In this document: positions 1 to 9,101 of the stretch, piece after piece
Layout of the letters: the number at the start of each line of letters is the position of its first letter
How positions within the stretch are numbered: the first letter of the stretch is position 1
Notes under the pieces: generated by a model
What the model was told of the DNA's origin: nothing
The model's database searches: none
Seen by the model: the letters and a program-made list of their open reading frames with translations, nothing else
Assembly: GCA_041740475.1 (NCBI GenBank)
Contig: JBGSLX010000021.1
Location: 1 to 57,383, forward strand
Reading direction: 5' to 3'
From: Akkermansiaceae bacterium
Lineage (GTDB): Bacteria; Verrucomicrobiota; Verrucomicrobiia; Verrucomicrobiales; Akkermansiaceae
DNA length: 57,383 nt
Translations under genes and position numbers: made by a program

Positions 1-1074
1 CCAGATTTTGCCGGCCCGGCTGAGAATCAGGTCCACCTCCACCTGATCCTTGTCCCGGTAATGCCAAAATCGGAGATCGGGGTCGGTCCACCCTGCCGAT
101 GCAATGAGTTGCTGGAGGATGAACGATTCCAGCAAGTGTCCGAAGCGCCCGCGCTCGCCGAGCCATTGGTCGGCAGTCAGTCCGGACAGCATTGCGGCCA
201 GTCCCGAATCGCAGAGGTGGATCTTGGGGCTTTTGGCCAGTCTCTTGGTCGCGTTGCGGTGCCATGCCGGGAGCTGACGGACGAGGAAGAGTTTTTCGAG
301 GATAGATAGGTGGTGCTCGATGGTTCGGCGGGTGTTTCCCGAGACCTTGGACAACTCGGAAACATTGAGCAGGCTTGCTGTGCGATGGGAGAGTAACTCA
401 AGAAGCTTGCCCAGACTTTCCCCGTCCTTGATTCTCGCCACATCGTGGATGTCACGTTCGATGATCGAGGCGAGGTACTGGCGAAGCCATTGACGCGCAC
501 GCATCGGATTGCGCCGATTCGCCTCCGGGTAGCCGCCGCTGACAAGACGTCCTGGAAGTTCGGAGGGGCTCGGTGACCGGGAGCCGATCAATTCGACCGT
601 CAATTCTCCCGCCAGCCAGGTTTGGAGAAATCTCCCCGGCTTGGACTCCTTTTCCACCTCGGCAAATGGATGTAAATACAGGCACTCCATCCGCCCGGCA
701 AGGGAGTCCGCCAATTGCGGTAGTTGCAGGAGATTCGCCGATCCGGTCAACAAGAAGCGCCCGGGGCGGCGGTCCAAGTCCACGGAGCGCTTGATGGCCA
801 GGACCAGTCCGGGCGCGCGTTGGATTTCGTCGATGGTGACGAAGTCGGGCAGTTCGGCCACAAATCCTTCCGGGTCCTGTCGCGCCAGCGACAGATATTG
901 CGCTTCGTCCAGCGAGAAAAACTTCCGCGCTGGATCCTGATGCCTCGCCAGCGTGGACTTGCCGCACTGCCGCGGTCCGAGGAGGCAAACCACGGGCGTG
1001 TCTTCCAATGCCGCGTCCAGACCGGCTTGAAGATGCCTCCCGATAAATGCGGGTGATGTGTCTAATTGTGTCAT
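1..1074 (-). CDS. AAA+ ATPase (AAA_14) with DUF4143 C-terminal domain, 3' end beyond window
   Basis: Not in the ORF track because it has no stop inside the window. Manual translation from ATG 1074: MTQLDTSPAFIGRHL..VVCLLGPRQCGKST (Walker A), VTIDEIQR (Walker B), LTGSA, SLAGR, GGYP, KSPKIHLCDSGL, HYRDKDQVEVDL. Frame is open to base 1. Confidence 0.9.
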   Translation of the reverse strand, partial: MTQLDTSPAFIGRHLQAGLDAALEDTPVVCLLGPRQCGKSTLARHQDPARKFFSLDEAQYLSLARQDPEGFVAELPDFVTIDEIQRAPGLVLAIKRSVDLDRRPGRFLLTGSANLLQLPQLADSLAGRMECLYLHPFAEVEKESKPGRFLQTWLAGELTVELIGSRSPSPSELPGRLVSGGYPEANRRNPMRARQWLRQYLASIIERDIHDVARIKDGESLGKLLELLSHRTASLLNVSELSKVSGNTRRTIEHHLSILEKLFLVRQLPAWHRNATKRLAKSPKIHLCDSGLAAMLSGLTADQWLGERGRFGHLLESFILQQLIASAGWTDPDLRFWHYRDKDQVEVDLILSRAGKIW

Positions 1075-1083
1075 GGAGCCAAG

Positions 1084-1115
1084 ACAAATTGCGCCCTAAC
1101 TTGGTGGCAATCTGT
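1084..1115. promoter_or_regulatory. Imperfect inverted repeat just upstream of ATPase gene (candidate operator)
   Basis: ACAAATTGC (1084-1092) and GCAATCTGT (1107-1115), 8/9 complementary, about 10 bp from the ATG at 1074. Confidence 0.4.
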
Positions 1116-1941
1116 GCCTTAGGATTGTCGGATTTCGAGAGAAGTCAATGGATTCGAGCATGCGGAAAGCCCGCAAAGTTGGCTGCCTGTTGAGCAAGTG
1201 TCCCGCTGATTCGAGAGGCAGCCCGGCATTGACGATGTTCTGGGCAGCTTGCAATCGGTCATACTCAGTCTTCCGGAACTCAACCACCCGCTCCACCGGA
1301 TCCCACAAGACCTAGGCGGCGCGGAGGTCGGTTTCGTGCAGAGGTTGGCCGACGGAACCGACCATTACCGCGCAGGGGACTTCCTCGGGAATGTGGAAAC
1401 GCGTACTGTCGAGCCATTCGATCTCGCCGCAAGAGTCTGGAATCACCTGTTGGACGTGGGTGTGGCCGAAGAATCCGGTCTTGGACGATCCACTCATGAG
1501 CTTTCGGAGAGTGGGCGCGGCGCTTGCGGCATCGGTGATGGATTCAAAGCCCTCCGGCTCATGGAGATTGGCGTGAGCGGCGATGGCTCCGGGAATCCGC
1601 ATGGTGAAAGGCAGGCCTTCCAACCACGCGGCTTGCTCACCGTTCAAGGATTCCGCCGCGTGGACGAGTCCGGCGAAATAGCCGCTTTGCTCCCAGCCGG
1701 GACTCATGCCCTGTCGGCCTCGCATGCGGACGCGTTTGATGGCCAGATCGTGATTTCCCATCACGCATTCGCCACCGAGTTTTCGGACGAGGTCCACACA
1801 TTCCGCCGGAGATGCGCCGTAGCCGACGATGTCGCCGAGAAACACAATCCTCCCTGCTTCGGATTGCTCCACCTCACGGAGTACCGCTTCAAGGGCGGGA
1901 AGGTTGGCATGAATGTCTGCGAGCATGGCGATCTTTCTCAT
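1096..1941 (-). pseudogene. Calcineurin-like metallophosphoesterase interrupted by an in-frame TAG
   Basis: Motifs DIHAN, GDIVGYG, GNHD, GHTH, GSVGQP. ORFs 1312..1941 and 1096..1308 are in the same frame: DLRAA-TAG-VLWDPVERVVEFRKTEYD. Confidence 0.8.
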
Positions 1942-1950
1942 GGAATCGGT

Positions 1951-2029
1951 GGCTTACTAATGAGTCCATTTTAGAAGGGACGTATGATGCGGCATAACGC
2001 GTTATTTCCGAATGGACTCGTTGTAAGCC
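1951..2029. repeat. Imperfect inverted repeat (19-20 bp arms) enclosing a perfect 12-bp palindrome
   Basis: GGCTTACTAATGAGTCCATT (1951-1970) / AATGGACTCGTTGTAAGCC (2011-2029); ATAACGCGTTAT at 1994-2005. Confidence 0.75.
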
Positions 2030-2054
2030 GTGGTAGCGCCGATTTCTAGAAGCC

Positions 2055-3218
2055 TCATGGAAACCGGGTGAGATAATCGGCTAGGCTGATGGCGGTTACG
2101 GATTCGGAAAGCGGGAAGGTTTCTCCCTGAGGAAGGATGAAGTATCCCTTGGTGGCTTGCAGGGTTTTCATGCTTTCCACAAATCCAGAAGTGAGTTTGG
2201 GCGAGAGGGTGCGCTTGATTTCAAGGGCCACCGTTTCGCCTGACGGGTTTTCGAGAACAAGATCGACTTCGGCGCCGGCGTGGGTGCGGTAGTGGCTGAA
2301 GAGGGTGTCTTTCGGGTGGCCGGTGACGATCTGCTCAATGCAATAGCCTTCCCAGGAATGACCACAAAGCGGATGACCCAACACCTGCTCCAAATGGTGA
2401 AGGCTGGCGAGGGCGTGAAGGAGACCCGAATCCCGCCAATAGACTTTGGGAGCTTTCACCAAGCGTTTTCCTGCGTTGCGGCTCCAAGCCGGGATGCTTC
2501 GCACTAGGTAGAGGCCTTCGAGCAGATCCAGATAGTGGCGGGTGGTCTTGCCGTCGATTCCCAGGGAGCCAGCCATTTTGCTCAGATTCAGGGTCGCTCC
2601 CTGTTGGTGGGCGAGCATCGAACAGAGCCGCCGCAACAGCCATGGTGCCGCAGTAATCCCGAGTTGAGGCAGGTGGCGCTCGACGTAGCTGGTGATGAAA
2701 TCCTCGCACCATTGGTTCGCGGTCGCGTCGTCGGTGGCGAGATAACTGTCCGGGTAGCCGCCGCGAAACCAGTGCCGATCCATCACGTCGTCGCCAGGCC
2801 CGAGTTCGGTGAGGTTGAGCGGGTCGAGTTCGAGATAACTGATCCTGCCCGCGAGCGTTTCGGAGCTTTGTTGCAGTAGCTCGGGTGAAGCCGAGCCGAG
2901 GATGAGGAATTGTGCCGACCGTTCGCCCACACGACGTCGTTCATCGATCAAACTGCGGAGCACCGGAAAAAGACCGGGGAGGCGTTGAACCTCGTCGAGG
3001 ATCACCAGATGGTCGGCGAATCGGCCGAGATAAAGCTCGGGATCAGCCAACTTCGCGATGTCCGAAGGCCGTTCCAAATCGAGATAATGGCTGGGTTTGC
3101 CCACATCCAAGTTTCTCGCCAAGGTTGTTTTCCCCACCTGCCGGGAACCAAGAAGCGCGACCACGGGTGTATGATTCAAACGCTTCGTTAAGACGGGTTC
3201 AAGGCTGCGATCAATCAT
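2055..3218 (-). CDS. AAA+ ATPase (AAA_14) with DUF4143 domain
   Basis: GSRQVGKTT, LDEVQR, ILGSAS, ETLAGR, GGYP, KAPKVYWRDSGL, YRTHAGAEVDL, EIK. Confidence 0.92.
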   Translation of the reverse strand: MIDRSLEPVLTKRLNHTPVVALLGSRQVGKTTLARNLDVGKPSHYLDLERPSDIAKLADPELYLGRFADHLVILDEVQRLPGLFPVLRSLIDERRRVGERSAQFLILGSASPELLQQSSETLAGRISYLELDPLNLTELGPGDDVMDRHWFRGGYPDSYLATDDATANQWCEDFITSYVERHLPQLGITAAPWLLRRLCSMLAHQQGATLNLSKMAGSLGIDGKTTRHYLDLLEGLYLVRSIPAWSRNAGKRLVKAPKVYWRDSGLLHALASLHHLEQVLGHPLCGHSWEGYCIEQIVTGHPKDTLFSHYRTHAGAEVDLVLENPSGETVALEIKRTLSPKLTSGFVESMKTLQATKGYFILPQGETFPLSESVTAISLADYLTRFP

Positions 3219-3222
3219 TTGA

Positions 3223-3258
3223 CCTTGAAATTATGGAATCCATTCCCGAATTTCAAGG
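3223..3258. promoter_or_regulatory. Perfect 10-bp inverted repeat upstream of ATPase (candidate operator)
   Basis: CCTTGAAATT-N16-AATTTCAAGG, 4 bp from the ATG at 3218. Confidence 0.55.
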
Positions 3259-3264
3259 CGGGAA

Positions 3265-3408
3265 TCATACTCTTTCCACCATGCCAACCACAGCCATGAA
3301 CTCAGAAAATGGGTCGTAGTCACTGGTGAGATCGTTGTGGGGTGGGAGACCGATGACGATGACGGCCTTCAAATCGAGCCGCTTTGCTTTGTGGATGGAA
3401 GTGTGGCG
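3265..3408 (-). pseudogene. Possible remnant of a UvrD-like helicase C-terminal segment
   Basis: RHTSIHKAKRLDLKAVIVIG resembles SF1 motif V (TIHxxKGLE/DxxxVI); no upstream part present. Confidence 0.4.
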
Positions 3409-3416
3409 GTCTGGGT

Positions 3417-3488
3417 CTCCGACAAACGGCGACATTTCGGCCACAAGGGCTGCTCGGCCGCTTCTACTGGTATGCGGTGCTGGCGTTT
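3417..3488 (+). pseudogene. Possible remnant of a DUF2867/SDR C-terminus
   Basis: LRQTATFRPQGLLGRFYWYAVLAF resembles the QTAxFxPxGLxGxxYWY..LPFH tail of DUF2867 proteins. Confidence 0.4.
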
Positions 3489-3506
3489 GATCCAAGCGAC
3501 AAAACC

Positions 3507-5687
3507 CTATTCAGCAGGAACCACTTTAGCTCCTTTGAGAAAAGCAATGCGGTCGTCCAAAAAGGCGATGTATTCCTTGCGGTTCTCTTCTGTCACTCCA
3601 GCCGGTAAGTAAATTTGCGCCAAATCCATGCGCTTGCGTGCCTCGATGAATTTGGTGAGCGCTTCCGAAGGTTGACGCTTTGACCAAGATTCCAGCGCCA
3701 TTTTTCCGATGAGCAGCGCGGCGCGATAGTGCGCACGTCGGCCATCTCTCAGCTCGGCGGCGAAGTTGTAGCTCGCCAAAGCCGCTTCTCGGTCGCCATG
3801 GATTTCACGGACGATTCCAAGCGACTCGTGAATGAAAAGCCGCGGTTCATGAAAATCTGGCCCCACCCAATGCATCTTCGCCACGGCAGTTTCCATTTCC
3901 TGCGCAGCGAGCAAAAGTTGCGCTTCGGCGGCTTTTGAGTCGTCCGCCTCCAAATGGCGAGTCGCCTTTTGCAGATGGTGCTTCGCGAGTGAGAAGTGCG
4001 CTCGATACGTCGGCTCCATCCCGCCCTGCAAATGAATCGCCCGGAGAAATGCTTGCTCAGCCTCGTCATCGCGCCCCAACAGGCTGAGAAGATTCGCGAG
4101 ATTCACAAACAGATTGGCATCAAATGCGTGCAGGCGCGTGCCTTCCGCGTAATCGGCTGCCGCCAGTTCTGCAAGTTCGCGGAACCCCGGCTTGCCTTCT
4201 CGTTCGATGAGCTGCTTCTGATAGATGAGCGCGCGGTCATGGAAAAATTCTGACTGAGGCCAAATGCGGATTGCTTTCGCGAGGGCATCGATCCGCGCTT
4301 CGGGACTGGTTTCCGGTTGTTTGGCGAAGTATGTGGGCCAGAGAATCGCAGTGATTTGAGTGCCTTTCCAACCCGGTGGCAGCAGCAAAACTGCGCAGCC
4401 CAGCGCAGCCGCAGTCAGTAACAAACGTCCGACGAGTCCATTTCCCGCCCGCGCAGGCATTTCAGGCCGCGACAACATGCCAAGCGTGACACCGAGCAGA
4501 ATCACGCCAGGCATCACGTGAAACACGGAACTAAATGACGACTGCACAAACAGCCCCGCCAGTGCCGAGACTCCTCCCAGCCGCCACGCGTCGCGCTCGT
4601 CCAGCTCTCGTGGCCGATCTTCAAAAATCATGCGCAAAACCGCTGCAATCGCCAACGCGCACAACAGCGCGGCCAACAAGCCAGCGCCGATCACCCCGTA
4701 GTCAGTTGCGGATTGGATGAATTCATTGTGGGCCGTGTCTGGGCGATCACCGGCATGGCGCTGAACATCCATTTCAAAAAAGCGATTGCACTCCCAACTG
4801 AAACTCCCGCTCCCACCGCCTTGAAACGGATGCTCGGTGATGCATGAAACCGCGACACCTAACAAATACAGGCGGATGTCGTTATCGAGCAGTTTGTGAG
4901 TATCGCCCCCAGATCGCTGCTCCCATCCCATGAAAAGAAACGCGGCCACACCTGCGCCAATCAACGGCACCGCCACCACCGCCGGGGCAAACCAACGTGA
5001 ATTCCGGCGTTTCGCCAGCACCAACGAAGCCACTGCTAGGACGCCTATGCCCACTGCTGCGCCGAGAATCCCGCCGCGCGACTTCGTCATAAAAACTCCC
5101 GCAAAACCCGCAGCCGCCAGCAGGAAAAAAACCACACGAGCGAAGGCTCCATGGCGGCCCATCAAGCCAGCAGCCGCCAAAATCAACGAGACCGCTAGCA
5201 GGTAATTTGCCGCATCGTTGTAATGTGAGAAAAATCCGGTGATCGAATTTTCCGCAGCTCGCAGTCCAAACAACGGATGAAACGATGGCTCGGCCCATTG
5301 TTTGGCCACGGCCCACAGAAATACCCCCTGAAAGATCGCGATGCCCCAAATGAGCGTCTTCTCGGCCGCCACGTTTCCGCTGATTCCTCGCACGCTGATG
5401 AATGAACCCACCGCCCCTCCGAGCAAAAGCAGATCTGACATTCCCAGTTCCGCCACTGGCGAATGAATCGCTCGCCATGCAAACCAAGCGGCAGTCAGCG
5501 CACCGAGCGTCAAAACCATCCAGTCTGGCGAGTGTTTTTCGCGCCGCCAAAACGCTGGCAATGCCGATAGCGTTGAGAGTGCCAAGGCGATCATCGCAGG
5601 TCCCCAGCTCCATGGCCGCGTCTGCGGGCCAAACACCACAGCCATCACCAACGATAGAACGAGAAAGAACGAGGTAACAATTGGCAT
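3507..5687 (-). CDS. O-antigen ligase/Wzy_C family membrane protein with C-terminal TPR-like repeats
   Basis: About 12 TM helices, TKSRGG and AHNEF motifs, helical TPR-like C-terminal half, adjacent to priming sugar transferase. Confidence 0.85.
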   Translation of the reverse strand: MPIVTSFFLVLSLVMAVVFGPQTRPWSWGPAMIALALSTLSALPAFWRREKHSPDWMVLTLGALTAAWFAWRAIHSPVAELGMSDLLLLGGAVGSFISVRGISGNVAAEKTLIWGIAIFQGVFLWAVAKQWAEPSFHPLFGLRAAENSITGFFSHYNDAANYLLAVSLILAAAGLMGRHGAFARVVFFLLAAAGFAGVFMTKSRGGILGAAVGIGVLAVASLVLAKRRNSRWFAPAVVAVPLIGAGVAAFLFMGWEQRSGGDTHKLLDNDIRLYLLGVAVSCITEHPFQGGGSGSFSWECNRFFEMDVQRHAGDRPDTAHNEFIQSATDYGVIGAGLLAALLCALAIAAVLRMIFEDRPRELDERDAWRLGGVSALAGLFVQSSFSSVFHVMPGVILLGVTLGMLSRPEMPARAGNGLVGRLLLTAAALGCAVLLLPPGWKGTQITAILWPTYFAKQPETSPEARIDALAKAIRIWPQSEFFHDRALIYQKQLIEREGKPGFRELAELAAADYAEGTRLHAFDANLFVNLANLLSLLGRDDEAEQAFLRAIHLQGGMEPTYRAHFSLAKHHLQKATRHLEADDSKAAEAQLLLAAQEMETAVAKMHWVGPDFHEPRLFIHESLGIVREIHGDREAALASYNFAAELRDGRRAHYRAALLIGKMALESWSKRQPSEALTKFIEARKRMDLAQIYLPAGVTEENRKEYIAFLDDRIAFLKGAKVVPAE

Positions 5688-5697
5688 GACTCAGAAA

Positions 5698-7104
5698 TCA
5701 CTTCGCGCCCTTGCCAAACAGCACTGCGGGGATCGTGCGAAGTAGGATTTGGAAATCGAGCCACAACGACCAATTGTCGATATAGCGCAGATCCATGCGC
5801 ACCCAGTCGTCGAAGCTGTTGATCTTGTTGCGCCCGCCCGCTTGCCACTCACAGGTGATCCCAGGTTTCACGCTCAAGCGGCGACGGTGAGAAATTTCGC
5901 AAATCGCTTCCACTTCGTAGAGCGGCAAAGGGCGCGGTCCGACCAGACTCATTTCGCCTCTCACGACGTTTAAAAGCTGCGGCAATTCGTCGATGCTGAG
6001 CTTCCGCAGCAACGCACCAAATGGAAAAATGCGCGGGTCATTATCGAGTTTGAAAACCGGACCCTGCATTTCGTTGCCGTGCTCCTTTTTGATTTGGTCG
6101 AGCATTTCTTCGGCGTTTGGAACCATGGTGCGGAATTTCCACATCCGAAATGGCCGCCCGTATCGACCCGCGCGCATTTGCGAAAAGAAAATTGGGGCAC
6201 CGGGACTATTCCTTGAAATGCCGATCATGGCAAAAATCCACAGCGGAAAGGTGCAGAATATAATGAAAGAAGCACCGAAGCGGTCGATGAAGCTTTTCAG
6301 CATCAATTCCCATGAAAGTTCTGGAGTTGAACGCAGGACCAACATCGCACGGTCACCAACGGCATCGAACACCGGGCGAGCAATCTGGGTGCGAATGAAC
6401 GAAGCGGCAATCCATGCTTCCACTCCTTGTAACTCGCAAGCCTCTACCGCTCGCGCTACTTTTTCGAAAGCAGTTTCCTTGGCCGCGAAGATCACGCGTC
6501 CTACCGATTCCTTTTTGAGCACGGCGAACAAATCCTGCACGGAACGTTCCTCTAAATCGAAATGATCCACGATCTTCCAATTGGAGGTGATGTCAGGATC
6601 GAGTTCGCCGAGCAGTTCTTCCATTTCGCGACCCGTTCCAGCAATGATGACCCGCTCCACATGGCTTTCGAGGTGACCCATTCGGTTGAACCAAATCGCA
6701 GTCAGCCGATCCCGCAGCAACACGAGCGTGAACACCATCATCAAACCGATGCTGAGAACCAGACGACGTACCCCAGTGAGCTGAGCAAAAATCGCATACA
6801 CACCAATGATCAGGGTGATCGCCAGCAATGCCTTGATGAGCTGGATCATCGACTGACCGGTGGTTTTTGTGCGGATGCGCTTATAAAAGCCAAAAAACTC
6901 AAGTGTCAGTGGGGTAAAAGGCACTGCGATGTAGAGCACCCAGTTGATGGTTTCCCGGAAGTCTTCCGATTCAGCACCCATATCGAGCCAAGCCCTAACG
7001 GCATCGCGTGTTTCCCAAGCGATCCAAAACGACAGCCAGACCAATAGCGCGTCAGCGATCTGAAAAGTTTGGATTCGGAAGGATTCGTTGCGGCTAGTCG
7101 CCAT
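5698..7104 (-). CDS. Polyprenyl-phosphate sugar phosphotransferase (WcaJ/CpsE-like)
   Basis: KFRTM, DPRIF, RKLSIDELPQLLNV, SLVGPRP, VKPGITC, DLRYIDNWS. Confidence 0.93.
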   Translation of the reverse strand: MATSRNESFRIQTFQIADALLVWLSFWIAWETRDAVRAWLDMGAESEDFRETINWVLYIAVPFTPLTLEFFGFYKRIRTKTTGQSMIQLIKALLAITLIIGVYAIFAQLTGVRRLVLSIGLMMVFTLVLLRDRLTAIWFNRMGHLESHVERVIIAGTGREMEELLGELDPDITSNWKIVDHFDLEERSVQDLFAVLKKESVGRVIFAAKETAFEKVARAVEACELQGVEAWIAASFIRTQIARPVFDAVGDRAMLVLRSTPELSWELMLKSFIDRFGASFIIFCTFPLWIFAMIGISRNSPGAPIFFSQMRAGRYGRPFRMWKFRTMVPNAEEMLDQIKKEHGNEMQGPVFKLDNDPRIFPFGALLRKLSIDELPQLLNVVRGEMSLVGPRPLPLYEVEAICEISHRRRLSVKPGITCEWQAGGRNKINSFDDWVRMDLRYIDNWSLWLDFQILLRTIPAVLFGKGAK

Positions 7105-7287
7105 GATTTGTGGGGAATTTCGCCCCGAGAATCGTCAATTCGGCACAGACTGCAACCCCTGAGAATGAAAATACGCCAAAGCGTATGAATCGCGCTCAGC
7201 GCAATCAGGCACGTCATATGAAAATGCATTTTTCGAACCAATTCTAGTGCTTGGTAAGCGTTTGTGCGTGTGATGGATTAAGGGTTC

Positions 7288-8412
7288 ATGCGCCGATTTT
7301 TTCTAGCCGCTTCCTTTAGCGCTCTCTGTGTGAGCTTGGTGGTCTTATGGATTCACCGCTACCAGAGAACCGCTGGTGAACCGCAATGGCAACTCGCCGA
7401 TCTGCATGATGCCGCGAAGCACGTTGAAGGGCTAAACTGGAGTGGAACTTCCCATAACCCCACATTGTTACTTCGGCGTGAGAACGGAGAACCGCCACGA
7501 GCCATCAGGCTGGCGATCCCTGGTGCCACGGCAGTAGAGGCGTTGCACTTGCGCTTCCGACTCGTCGCTTCCGGGCTTACACCCGGTGACGAAGACTGGA
7601 AAACAGGCAGGATCACCATCGAATGGCACGCTGCAGACGGACAGTCGCCTTATGAGTTGGATCCAGTCGCCGCGATTATGGAGGACAGAGACAGCGGTAT
7701 CATGACTCTTGTAGCGGTATCTGCTAATGGCCTAGCAGTTCCTGCGATTCGAATGGAACATCTCGGGGTTAATGGTGGATTTGAACTCAGCGAGTTAGAA
7801 ATCATCGCGGTTGAGGAAACGACTTGGTGGAAATTCGGCGGATGGATCCTTTCATTGATGAGTCTGATTTGGCTCAGCTCTGCCATTGTGAGTTGGCCGG
7901 GGGTGAAACTCTGGCGATCCGTTGCTGCGGCAGCCGTGTTCTTAGTCATGGTTGTAGAATTCGTGATTCCGGGACCTTGGAAAGTGCAGCGACCACTGCT
8001 CGGTCAGGAATTTGCCATCGGTAGTGCAGTTACTCAGCAACATTCACCCACAATTACTCACCCAAATGGAATCACTTCAGGCAACGTGGCTTCCTCCGGA
8101 AAAATCATCGTCCAAGGTGGACTGCCGATGCGCATTCGCTGGGTGCTGAAACCGTTGAAACCACTTTTGCACGTCGCATTGTTAGCTGCACCTACTTTTT
8201 TGTTTGCCCTATTACTTGGAAGCAAGCGTGCAGTGCTACTCGCCGCACCACTGGCGGTAGCGATCGAATTAGCTCAAGCAGCGCTGGGTTATGGCTTCGA
8301 TTGGGGTGATGTCATCGATCTGATATTCGATGGCATTGGGATCATACTAGGTGTTTGGCTCTGTCATCGTTTGTTCCGAAAGTTCAAGCCGCTGCCCTTG
8401 GCCCTCAAATGA
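7288..8412 (+). CDS. Membrane protein with C-terminal VanZ-like domain
   Basis: 374 aa; C-terminal hydrophobic block with LHVAL..IELAQ..DVIDLIFDG pattern. Confidence 0.6.
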   Translation: MRRFFLAASFSALCVSLVVLWIHRYQRTAGEPQWQLADLHDAAKHVEGLNWSGTSHNPTLLLRRENGEPPRAIRLAIPGATAVEALHLRFRLVASGLTPGDEDWKTGRITIEWHAADGQSPYELDPVAAIMEDRDSGIMTLVAVSANGLAVPAIRMEHLGVNGGFELSELEIIAVEETTWWKFGGWILSLMSLIWLSSAIVSWPGVKLWRSVAAAAVFLVMVVEFVIPGPWKVQRPLLGQEFAIGSAVTQQHSPTITHPNGITSGNVASSGKIIVQGGLPMRIRWVLKPLKPLLHVALLAAPTFLFALLLGSKRAVLLAAPLAVAIELAQAALGYGFDWGDVIDLIFDGIGIILGVWLCHRLFRKFKPLPLALK

Positions 8413-8414
8413 TA

Positions 8415-8441
8415 GAGCCGCGCCTTATTGGGGCGCGGCTC
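8415..8441. terminator. GC-rich hairpin between convergent genes
   Basis: GAGCCGCGCC-N7-GGCGCGGCTC directly after stop 8412; no long U tract. Confidence 0.6.
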
Positions 8442-8471
8442 AGGTTTGGGTGAAATATAAGTGGGTAGAGA

Positions 8472-9044
8472 TTAGAAGCTTTCGATCAGCTTGATCAAAG
8501 CGGCTTTGAAAGCGGCTAGATCGCCCGATGGAGGTGATACCTGCTTTGAGACTTTCTTCGCTGCCTGTTTTACAGGTGCAACTTTGCTGGTGATCTTCTT
8601 ATTGCTTAGTTTCTTCACTCCCGCAGCCTTAAGCCAAGCAGCGACTGTGATCACGGATAGTTTAAACTTTTTAGCGGCCTGATTCTGACCACCACGTCCG
8701 TTCTCTTCATTGTATGCGCTCGCGAAGTCCACAACTTCTTGCTTGTACTCATCTGGATATCGAACGTCTCTTACGCCCTTTTCACTAGGGGCTGCTTTAG
8801 CTGCGACTTTGGTGGTTTTGCTGGCAGCTTTTGCGGCTTTCTTCTCAACAGGAGCCTTTAATTCGGAGGCCTGTAACCATCCGGCAATCGTCAGAGGACT
8901 CACAAGATATTTTTTGGCGGCAGCGCTTTGCCCACCACGTCCATTGCTCTTGTTGTAACCCAAGACAAACTCAACAATTTCCTTTTTCTGGACATCACTG
9001 TAACGAACCCCAGTGGATGTCGCTTGCTTCTTTTTAATACTCAT
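8472..9044 (-). CDS. Basic protein with two HTH-like repeats and Lys/Ala-rich linkers (putative nucleoid-associated protein)
   Basis: Repeats RYSDVQKKEIVEF..NGRGGQSAAAKKYLVSPLTIAGWL and RYPDEYKQEVVDF..NGRGGQNQAAKKFKLSVITVAAWL; linker KKAAKAASKTTKVAAK. Confidence 0.8.
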   Translation of the reverse strand: MSIKKKQATSTGVRYSDVQKKEIVEFVLGYNKSNGRGGQSAAAKKYLVSPLTIAGWLQASELKAPVEKKAAKAASKTTKVAAKAAPSEKGVRDVRYPDEYKQEVVDFASAYNEENGRGGQNQAAKKFKLSVITVAAWLKAAGVKKLSNKKITSKVAPVKQAAKKVSKQVSPPSGDLAAFKAALIKLIESF

Positions 9045-9101
9045 GTGGGAGGAACATAGTGATTAGTTAGATAATCCGCAAGAATAATCTAGGCATTCAT
9101 A

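Noticed and set aside
61-1087. ORF-track ORFs at 61-1087
   Set aside because: They are shadows of the real minus-strand ATPase frame 1074 to 1
1093-1100. GTTAGGGC on the minus strand as an attC/attI core
   Set aside because: No matching RYYYAAC arm at a suitable distance; a short match is expected by chance
1312-1314. Pyrrolysine or genome-wide amber recoding
   Set aside because: No pyl genes or suppressor tRNA in the window, and TAG terminates other genes at the expected positions
1951-2029. Integron attC site
   Set aside because: The R' position reads ATTAGTA rather than GTTRRRY, there is no unpaired central spacer, no similar sites between other genes and no integrase
8472-9044. IS3-type transposase orfA
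   Set aside because: No orfB, terminal inverted repeats or slippery site; the HTH is duplicated with histone-like linkers
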